DNA from: Bacteroidetes bacterium 43-93 | GTDB taxonomy: Bacteria > Bacteroidota > Bacteroidia > Chitinophagales > Chitinophagaceae | Length of the DNA stretch: 64,000 nucleotides | NCBI GenBank assembly: GCA_001897855.1 | Contig: MKUO01000018.1 | Location: 147,513 to 211,512 of the forward strand | Direction: 5' to 3' | In this document: piece by piece, positions 46,607 to 54,494 of the stretch | Layout of the letters: each line of letters opens with the position of its first letter | Position numbering within the stretch: position 1 is the stretch's first letter | Program-made: the position numbers and the translations under genes | The notes under the pieces: model-generated | Databases searched by the model: none | What the model saw: the letters and a program-made list of their open reading frames with translations, nothing else | What the model was told of the DNA's origin: nothing

Positions 46607-48852
46607 TAGAATCCTTGTGTTAATCCTGTACAATCCCATTTACTATCAGCGCCGTTATAAACAAACATTATGTACATAGTTTTACCGGCAACAGTAGTTG
46701 TTGGCAAAGCAAAATCAGATCCCGCCCGGTAACTGGCAGCCCAGCTAAGCGCCCTGGTAGTTCCATTGTCCTTAATTCGTACAAGCAACGTATTGTGATT
46801 TACAGCAGTACCAGAAGGAGCCGAAAAGCTTGCATTCGTGGCAAGTGCAGTTATGTCCAGATAATTTTCCCGTCCATCACCTTGTGGCGCCGGCGTTGCA
46901 GAAGAGGTAACACCACCTTCAACATATTGCACCAGGGTGCCCGATATGGTTGGGACAGTCATAGTACCTGTATTTATAAAGGAAGATATTACCGGTGCGG
47001 TTAAAGTTTTATTAGTCAGTGTTTCCGTACCTGCTATGGTAGCAAGTGTACCGGTTAACGGTAGGGCTATATTTGTAGCTCCAGTTGTTGTAAGCGTCAG
47101 TGCATTGGCACCGCTGGTAGTTAAAGAACCAGCAAGCGTAATATCACCGGCTATATCGATAGACCTGCTTGCATCATTCAATTTTAAATTTAGTAGCCTA
47201 TTGGCTGTTAAAGTTTCATTCGGCTTTATGGTCAAGGTATTCGCAGATGCTCCTTTAATATTCAGTCCTGACTGGCCAAGCGTAACACTGGAGATATCAG
47301 TATTTATCCCTGTGGCAGCTTTTGCATTTAAAGCTGTGTTCAAATCTATTTGCGAGGAAAGAGTACCTGTGATGGAACCCCAGGTCGCGCCACTACCATG
47401 TGCAACCCATCCTGTATTTCCGGTTCCGGATTCTTTAACGTAGAAAGTTGCACCAGAGCTTCCGTCAGTACGGGTATAAACACTACCTACTGGAGCTGAG
47501 ATTACTGCATTAGGACTTCCCGTGCCTGCGCTTAAGAAAGCGGTAGTATTGCTGATAAACGCCTTAGTCTTAATAGTAAAATCTCCTTGTACACGACAGG
47601 TACCACCTACATCAAATTTAAAGCCACCATCAGAATTATTTGTTGCTCCAACCGAAACATTAAAAGTGGAAGGAAACACCTTTATGACGGCGCTGGTCAG
47701 ATCATTAATAGAAGTATTATTTAGATAGCCGCCTATTCCCAGCGACCCATCATGATTAAACCGTGCCAGTATTTGCGCAGCGGCATTATTACCGGCGATG
47801 CCCGCAGAAGTTGAAGATGCTAAATAAAAACAGCCAGAACTACTTGATTGAGCCATACCCAAAACTTGTCCGAAACCATTCTGCCTTAAAACCAAAGCCG
47901 GATTCAAATAAGCGTTATTACCGATAAACGCATTAGACAATACACCCTGAGCTTCAAGAGTACCTATTTGTGCTCCTACTATTGTCGTTGTGGAGGGTAA
48001 GCTAAGACCAATATTATTTTGCGCCGGGACTGTAATTCCCACGGTACTTCCGTTGTCGCGAATAACCCCATTACCTAACGTATTAACTCCGGTAAATACA
48101 GGAACTCTTCCGCTACTTCCTGAAATATTTGAATTAAATCTCGTATCAAACCTACTATTTGTCCAATATAAATTACTGCCTTCAGCAAGGTTTGTAGTTG
48201 TCTTGGTGGCTAGTCTCGCATCCCATAAACTATTAAAATCTGTTATCCCGTATCCACCAATTGTAGTAGGTGTTGCGGTAATAGTATTCCATTGCTGTGT
48301 GCCTGTGTGATTAGCTCGATTAAGAAAGTAAGAGCTATTAAACCCATTTAAAAATGAAGCATTCAAAGCAAATTTAGCAGTATCGGCATAGAGCGCGCTA
48401 TCGACCTTTTCCATGGTAGAAAGCCAGGGCACAGCTATTGTATTACCATTACTGATAGCAATATGCTGGCTGTCTGGCAGAGAAAGTGTTTGTAACTCGT
48501 TGGTAATACTTCCATCTACTTCTGTAGCCAGGTATCCAAAAGATTTAATCCTGCTATCCAAAGCACCTATGCTGTCCTTCAGCCTGCTAACAGTCGCGTA
48601 TGTGTTGCTATCCACGGCAATTGAAATGCCAGCACATTTATCTCGTAACTGCAGATTACCTAAAGAATCTATGCCAATGACTTTACAGGTATCCGTTGTT
48701 GCATATCGCAACAGCCGCACTACACTATCCACGTGCAACGATCCCATTACCTGGTTGCTGTCTCTTTTATTGATACTTCCTAAGGGCTTAGTTGTTTGGG
48801 CTATTGTATTCACAGAGTACAATAGTGCTAATATTCCTATATTTTTTTTCAT
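46606..48852 (-). CDS. tail-fibre-like protein with Sec signal peptide
   Basis: MKKNIGILALLYSVNTIA|Q; NRANHTGTQ, TPTTIGGYGITD, TNLAEGSNLYWT, APVGSVYTRTDG..YVKESGTGNTGW, WGSITGTLSSQIDL, ETLTNKTLT motifs. Confidence 0.75.
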   Translation of the reverse strand: MKKNIGILALLYSVNTIAQTTKPLGSINKRDSNQVMGSLHVDSVVRLLRYATTDTCKVIGIDSLGNLQLRDKCAGISIAVDSNTYATVSRLKDSIGALDSRIKSFGYLATEVDGSITNELQTLSLPDSQHIAISNGNTIAVPWLSTMEKVDSALYADTAKFALNASFLNGFNSSYFLNRANHTGTQQWNTITATPTTIGGYGITDFNSLWDARLATKTTTNLAEGSNLYWTNSRFDTRFNSNISGSSGRVPVFTGVNTLGNGVIRDNGSTVGITVPAQNNIGLSLPSTTTIVGAQIGTLEAQGVLSNAFIGNNAYLNPALVLRQNGFGQVLGMAQSSSSGCFYLASSTSAGIAGNNAAAQILARFNHDGSLGIGGYLNNTSINDLTSAVIKVFPSTFNVSVGATNNSDGGFKFDVGGTCRVQGDFTIKTKAFISNTTAFLSAGTGSPNAVISAPVGSVYTRTDGSSGATFYVKESGTGNTGWVAHGSGATWGSITGTLSSQIDLNTALNAKAATGINTDISSVTLGQSGLNIKGASANTLTIKPNETLTANRLLNLKLNDASRSIDIAGDITLAGSLTTSGANALTLTTTGATNIALPLTGTLATIAGTETLTNKTLTAPVISSFINTGTMTVPTISGTLVQYVEGGVTSSATPAPQGDGRENYLDITALATNASFSAPSGTAVNHNTLLVRIKDNGTTRALSWAASYRAGSDFALPTTTVAGKTMYIMFVYNGADSKWDCTGLTQGF

Positions 48853-49265
48853 GGTGTTGTTACATATTGAAAGTCTATTTCTCCGGAGATCATTCCATCT
48901 CCTATTTCATATCCGCTAAAATCCAGGTAGGGTGTTTGTCCTTCCTCACCAGGCTGATCTTTCTTATTTTGAATCACACACAGCTTTGCCCATTTAAATG
49001 GTGCACCATCTACAAAAATGATGGGAGCCAATTGATTTCTAAATAAATTACTGTACACAATATTTATAGGCATATCTACTAACACATTACCCCATTGCCA
49101 GCTTATTCCATCAGCACCTTTAGCACCTTTCGGCCCCATATTGATTAATTGTATTTCAAACCTATTTCTGACAGCAGGTTGTATTTGATATACACTTCGG
49201 GCAGGCGTTTCAATTTTGATAATATTGGTACAGCCCTGTTTCACAATTACTATTCCAAAACTCAT
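48849..49265 (-). CDS. tail-region protein with short collagen-like stub
   Basis: GPKGAKGADG; ATGA overlaps on both sides. Confidence 0.5.
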   Translation of the reverse strand: MSFGIVIVKQGCTNIIKIETPARSVYQIQPAVRNRFEIQLINMGPKGAKGADGISWQWGNVLVDMPINIVYSNLFRNQLAPIIFVDGAPFKWAKLCVIQNKKDQPGEEGQTPYLDFSGYEIGDGMISGEIDFQYVTTP

Positions 49266-49600
49266 CCGTTAATATTTACTTCGCCGTTAACAATGGTTTT
49301 GATCTCATCTGCAACCTGTCTGCGAATACGGAAACAATATTTATCACACAAGTCAATACTATTCCAAAAGGTTATATCGATTGCAAACGAAGCTATCACT
49401 TCACCGGCATCCAATGTAGCGGTGAGGCTATTGGCGATTGCATAATCGCGACGATGGACATCCAGGGTAAAAGTGCAGCCATGAAGGCTTTGAACTACGC
49501 CGGTTGCATCCGTAATTTGTATATCAATATTTCCTGTGTCCTGGTAACGTAGCACAAGGGTGCTTTGCTGGCTCACGTCCAGCTCTAATTTTGATGACAT
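49262..49600 (-). CDS. BppU-N-like baseplate/fibre anchor domain
   Basis: 112 aa beta-rich; LHGCTFTLDV...YCFRI...KTIVNGEVNI pattern. Confidence 0.5.
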   Translation of the reverse strand: MSSKLELDVSQQSTLVLRYQDTGNIDIQITDATGVVQSLHGCTFTLDVHRRDYAIANSLTATLDAGEVIASFAIDITFWNSIDLCDKYCFRIRRQVADEIKTIVNGEVNING

Positions 49601-49645
49601 ATAAAAAGGGTTTAGGTTGTCTGGTTTAAAAGTGTTCCTCTGATG

Positions 49646-51535
49646 TTAATCAGTAATAATTCTCCATTTCATATTATTAAAGGCAGTCCTTGCAGTGGAA
49701 GATGCTGATGTAGGCGGGGCAGAAATAGTATTATGTGATAGATCTATCGCAAATGAATTGTATCCATAGCCTATTTTACAGTAATTGTAAAATTCATTGA
49801 TAAAATCATCTACCGCAGTGCTTGTAAGAGTATTATACGTAATCCCGGTGTAAATCAATTTTGCAAAGGGCTTATAACCAGCTGATGCCAATGATGATGC
49901 CCAACCCGGAACAATTTTCTCAATACTGCACCTATCAAGATATAAAGCCTGGAGACTGTCTTTGGCAGGCGCAAGAAACGACAAATCAAAACCAGTAGCT
50001 CCACCCAAAGCCAAATGTGTGAGACGCAGAAAGGTAAGGTTAGCCGATATCCTGCCCGTAATATTTGAGACAGCCGCTACCGGACTAAGCGAATTCCTGA
50101 TGATTTCAAAATTCACTTCCTCATCCCGATGAAATATACGTACCGCTTGTGCGCCGGTTGTCGCAAACTCGTATGCTACTGTGCATGTATTACCACTGCC
50201 GATATTAGTAAACAAATCTTCCGTACCGGACGTAGCAGCAAAGCAGGCAACATGCATATGCAGCTTACTATCAGCGTAGGTCACCTTGTATTGCATGTAT
50301 CGTTGCGATGGATAAGATGTTACAGCATTCAGAACTAACATGTTAGGGTATATCTGCAACGGAAGTGGCTGATAATGATAAAATCGCTCACCCGGTGCGT
50401 TAATAAGAAATATGTCATTACCATCACGTTCTAAAACTGTAGCGTGCCCCGCCGCCGCAATATTTGTATTAAAACTTCCCACCCATGCATCAAGGCCCAA
50501 ACTATCATCAAATACTCTGGCAAAAGAGCCTTGCGCATTTAATACTGATATCATTGTAAAATTATCTGTAATGACACATTGATTAATTGCAAAAGGAAAA
50601 TCAACAGCGGTAAATAATTTTATTCTTCGTTGCGTGAATGTGTATCCGTCGTCACTGTCTTTTTGCCTGAGTGTTACTGTGCGCCATTGTACATGCTTAT
50701 CCTCGCTGCCACTGCGTTCCAGTTTACCATCCTGCCAAACATATTCACGGCCATCTACTCTAAAATATCCATCCTTACAACATTGCAACGAACGGTTCAC
50801 TACATCTATCATGTACTCAGGCAAGCCGGTATACCCTCCTATATCCCATTTAAATACATTGTATGCTTCCGCATCCAGTGTTACAGTATTGCGGTCCTGG
50901 TCTTCAAACACAGTATAATCACCACCCGGTTCATAGCTCATGCCGTTACTTTCTATTCGGTAGGCAAACCTTGGCATTAGTTGTTCAAACAACACATCAT
51001 GTCCATTTGTTAGCTGATTATACTCTACAAGGGATGTACCCGGATGATTTGCACTTAACAAGATAGGATTGCTCCTGTAATTCAAAATATCGGTCACTCC
51101 GTTGAAATACCAGATCATATCAAAATAGATATACTTTTTCCCGGCAAGCTCAGGAATAGACGCAGGCGTGAACAAAAACTGCTCTGTATATAGCTGCTCA
51201 CCAGTTATGCCATCTACTACACCGGATAACGCGTAAGAAGATGTAAGGCTTACAACCTTTAGCAGCGTATTGCTACCTACTTCAAAGATCCGCAGCTCGC
51301 TTGGGTTAGTTACATTGGTATTATCACCTGTACGTCCGCGATGATAATGAATACATACGGGATCATTCAGTCCCAGCTTTTGATAATATTGCTCACGGAC
51401 CTGTCCCGGACGAATGGCATCTATCTGCAATGCGTCGCCAAAGGCGGGATAGCCCCATCGATCACCTGGAAATACAGCATCAACTTCTGCAAAACGATAA
51501 GGGTTTATAGACGGAAACCGTACTATTATTGACAT
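49646..51535 (-). CDS. tail tip / receptor-binding-like protein with C-terminal LRR-like segment
   Basis: position after hub; LTFLRLTHLAL, LQALYLDRCSI, ITYNTLTSTAVD. Confidence 0.5.
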   Translation of the reverse strand: MSIIVRFPSINPYRFAEVDAVFPGDRWGYPAFGDALQIDAIRPGQVREQYYQKLGLNDPVCIHYHRGRTGDNTNVTNPSELRIFEVGSNTLLKVVSLTSSYALSGVVDGITGEQLYTEQFLFTPASIPELAGKKYIYFDMIWYFNGVTDILNYRSNPILLSANHPGTSLVEYNQLTNGHDVLFEQLMPRFAYRIESNGMSYEPGGDYTVFEDQDRNTVTLDAEAYNVFKWDIGGYTGLPEYMIDVVNRSLQCCKDGYFRVDGREYVWQDGKLERSGSEDKHVQWRTVTLRQKDSDDGYTFTQRRIKLFTAVDFPFAINQCVITDNFTMISVLNAQGSFARVFDDSLGLDAWVGSFNTNIAAAGHATVLERDGNDIFLINAPGERFYHYQPLPLQIYPNMLVLNAVTSYPSQRYMQYKVTYADSKLHMHVACFAATSGTEDLFTNIGSGNTCTVAYEFATTGAQAVRIFHRDEEVNFEIIRNSLSPVAAVSNITGRISANLTFLRLTHLALGGATGFDLSFLAPAKDSLQALYLDRCSIEKIVPGWASSLASAGYKPFAKLIYTGITYNTLTSTAVDDFINEFYNYCKIGYGYNSFAIDLSHNTISAPPTSASSTARTAFNNMKWRIITD

Positions 51536-51687
51536 TTTCTAAAAAAGGGTTTATGGTTATAGTTTATTTTTATGGCAATGGCATCTACTATTGCCATAAA
51601 AGACAATCAGCTATTTATCTAATGTTGTTAAAGGATCAATCAGTAAATATGATTTACTTTTAAGCAGACCACATCACAACATTTCCT

Positions 51688-52284
51688 CTATTTCTTGCCT
51701 GGTTCCGGCTGATTTAATATATCACTTATGATATTAACGTTCTGCAATACCTTAAATTGGGGATCGAGATATTCGTTCATCTCTACATCATTTGTGATGA
51801 TATCTCCTGAGAAATATATTTTGTACTGAACATAGTAATAAGCAAATTTCTGAGCATCCGCATTTTTAGCAGCTTTATCAAGGCTATCTTTTTCTTTCTG
51901 ATCCCTTGCGGTATACTTAAGGTAGTTCTCTGCCCGTGTCAAATCTTTTTGGTATGCATTCTCTTTGTAAGCAGGCACTTCCATGTGGTTTCGATGATAG
52001 GAATCAATTTCGGCAGAATCATCTTTAGCTTGTGCAACAGCCTCCTCGTATCCGTAATGATAACTCTCTATAGCGGAGATGGCCTCTTTAATACGATTGT
52101 TTATTGCCTGCTTTTCCGTGTATTTATCTACTTTCAACACTACGATACTATCTATCCGTTGATGTTTGCCCGCATCCAGGCCTGTAGAATGAAATTGTGT
52201 CAGGCTATCTTTTATTTTTTCTTCGGTACTTGTATTACCGCAGGCAGATAGTAAAACACAAACTGGTAAAAGGTATTTATACAT
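51688..52284 (-). CDS. lipoprotein moron inserted in the tail operon
   Basis: MYKYLLPVCVLLSA|C lipobox; flanked by intergenic gaps, unlike the coupled neighbours. Confidence 0.7.
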   Translation of the reverse strand: MYKYLLPVCVLLSACGNTSTEEKIKDSLTQFHSTGLDAGKHQRIDSIVVLKVDKYTEKQAINNRIKEAISAIESYHYGYEEAVAQAKDDSAEIDSYHRNHMEVPAYKENAYQKDLTRAENYLKYTARDQKEKDSLDKAAKNADAQKFAYYYVQYKIYFSGDIITNDVEMNEYLDPQFKVLQNVNIISDILNQPEPGKK

Positions 52285-52337
52285 AATTGGCTTTTTGATG
52301 GCTAAAAATAACACAGTTTATCTAACGCGAAAAAAAA

Positions 52338-54494
52338 TCAATAGATCAGTTTACTTAGATCATTTACAGGAGATGACAATAACTCAAAATCAAACAACTG
52401 CCTGCGACCATAGTTAATGCCAACACTCAAAACAAAACCATATAGATCTATATTCCGGTAATTGAATTTAAACACACCATAAGGGTTAGACTCCAAAATA
52501 TCAAAAAGATCTTTGGGTGGAATTCCCTTAAACTTGAATATATAAGGCTGGTATAATTGCTGCCCAATCAATGTATTTGCTTCTATATCCGCTCGCTCTA
52601 CTACCGTTACTGAACCCGGGAAGGTACTGTACGTTGCTTTATCCTGTTCTGCCGTTTGAAACTTCAAAAAGGAACTGGCATATCCATGCATTATAGATTT
52701 AAACACACCTGCGCAGCGCATGATATTTCTTGCAGGGGTAAGTGCTGCATTATAAGCACGTTCCGGGAAGTCGACACCTTTTATCACTGCGGTCCTATCC
52801 AGGTCATAAATACCATCCGTTGCAGTACTATTAATGTACACCAGAAAATTCCTGTTTGTGTCATCGCGCTTGGTATTATTAACAGCGACCGTATTATCTA
52901 AGTTTTGTAACCGCACCAGTTCAATATAATTCATGGCAGCATAAAACGGACTTACCATATCCATCTTATTTTTATTACTATCAACATATTTTGTATTGGG
53001 CAACGTACGGGTCACTTTGTCATTATATTCATTTACTTTGTTTATATCATCAATACCGTCACCACCTTCATATCCACACTCAACTGTGGTAGCCATGCTA
53101 TCAGGGTCTGCTATGATCTCCAGGTCTGTTATGGAAGATATCTCACCTAATACAGTATTCTTATCGTAAAAGCTGCTAAGGTGTTCTACCACTAACTGAT
53201 TATTCTTTACTCCAAGCCCCGCCTGGTGCCTTGCAATAATATCTTTTATCATATCAGATAACTTTACCTTAATTACAGGTGAACTTGTATACGTCTTTAA
53301 CGATTGCTCAGAAAGCATAATCGTATGAAGCGGTATGGCATCATAATACAATCTGGAATTTAACGACTGGGAGGTAAATCCTGTTTGTAGTTTGTATTTT
53401 CCATCCGAGAGCTTTTGTGTCAGTTTGTCCATTACCTGCCACCATCTATATCCTTTTCTTGCGTTCAAAGCTCTGTCAGTGCTTTGTGCACTGTTAGTCT
53501 CACAATTGATGTAAAAAGCTTTTTCGCCCGATGGGTTTATAATCACAGCGCAGGACCTGGTACCGGATGTATCGGCAAGTTTGATCTCAGCGATAAACGT
53601 ATTGCCTGCCGCAAGGTTTAATTTTATAGAGCCTGCAACATTAGTTGTCAAAGAGGCGAAAGGAGCAAGCACGGGCGAAGTATAAATAGCAACTTCGTTC
53701 AACAACGTACTGCTATCGGGCTGGCCAGACCACACTCTAAAATAAACAATAGCACTGTTATTACCGGTAGCAGACGAAACTTCCAGGTCAAAATCATACT
53801 GCACATTGATCGTAGTATTATAAATGGCGGTAAAATTGGGCACCTTGATAGCGGGAAAATAGTCAGCGTCTGAGCTCTGTCCGTAGCCTGCTGCTATATC
53901 CCCCTCCTGCCTTACATAAGCAAGCCGTAGCACAACAGGACTAAAGTGCTCCGTTAACCCCACTGTAGATAGAGCTGCAGATGACAAATAACGGTATGCA
54001 GTTTTTAATATAATGCCATCCATGTTCACCCTTACACAGTCCGCATCATCTATAGGTACTTCATAATCAGTACTTCCGTATGCATCCACCAGTTCTGCCA
54101 GCCCGCCCTGCATAGTGTTTACTTCTACCTGGTCGCGGGTAGAATGAAAAGTAGCGAAATCAATAGTATCTACAAACTGGGTAATATACTCCTGCGTAGT
54201 GTCATCCAGTATCTCAATCACCAGCTCGCAATAAGCGGTAATGCCACCTTGTGTATAATAAAGGTATCGCATGATAGCCGCGCCATCCTTCACAAATTTT
54301 ATTGTAGAGGATTGCTTCCTGAATATTCCTTTATAAACACCATTCCTCACCCACGAGCATTGTATCTCGTCCCAGTTAGCAACACTCTGAAGTATGGGGG
54401 TTTTAGTGGCAATTGTCGTTACCTGCGAACCAGCAACAGCCAGGTAAGCAGTGTCGTTCGTTCTCAAATAAAACCGGTATGGCGTCTTTTGCAT
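52338..54494 (-). CDS. tail tip / baseplate hub-like protein
   Basis: 718 aa immediately after the tape measure; beta-rich. Confidence 0.55.
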   Translation of the reverse strand: MQKTPYRFYLRTNDTAYLAVAGSQVTTIATKTPILQSVANWDEIQCSWVRNGVYKGIFRKQSSTIKFVKDGAAIMRYLYYTQGGITAYCELVIEILDDTTQEYITQFVDTIDFATFHSTRDQVEVNTMQGGLAELVDAYGSTDYEVPIDDADCVRVNMDGIILKTAYRYLSSAALSTVGLTEHFSPVVLRLAYVRQEGDIAAGYGQSSDADYFPAIKVPNFTAIYNTTINVQYDFDLEVSSATGNNSAIVYFRVWSGQPDSSTLLNEVAIYTSPVLAPFASLTTNVAGSIKLNLAAGNTFIAEIKLADTSGTRSCAVIINPSGEKAFYINCETNSAQSTDRALNARKGYRWWQVMDKLTQKLSDGKYKLQTGFTSQSLNSRLYYDAIPLHTIMLSEQSLKTYTSSPVIKVKLSDMIKDIIARHQAGLGVKNNQLVVEHLSSFYDKNTVLGEISSITDLEIIADPDSMATTVECGYEGGDGIDDINKVNEYNDKVTRTLPNTKYVDSNKNKMDMVSPFYAAMNYIELVRLQNLDNTVAVNNTKRDDTNRNFLVYINSTATDGIYDLDRTAVIKGVDFPERAYNAALTPARNIMRCAGVFKSIMHGYASSFLKFQTAEQDKATYSTFPGSVTVVERADIEANTLIGQQLYQPYIFKFKGIPPKDLFDILESNPYGVFKFNYRNIDLYGFVLSVGINYGRRQLFDFELLSSPVNDLSKLIY

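Noticed and set aside
45863-51535. Diversity-generating retroelement or invertible fibre switch
   Set aside because: No reverse transcriptase, template/variable repeat pair, invertase or inverted repeats seen
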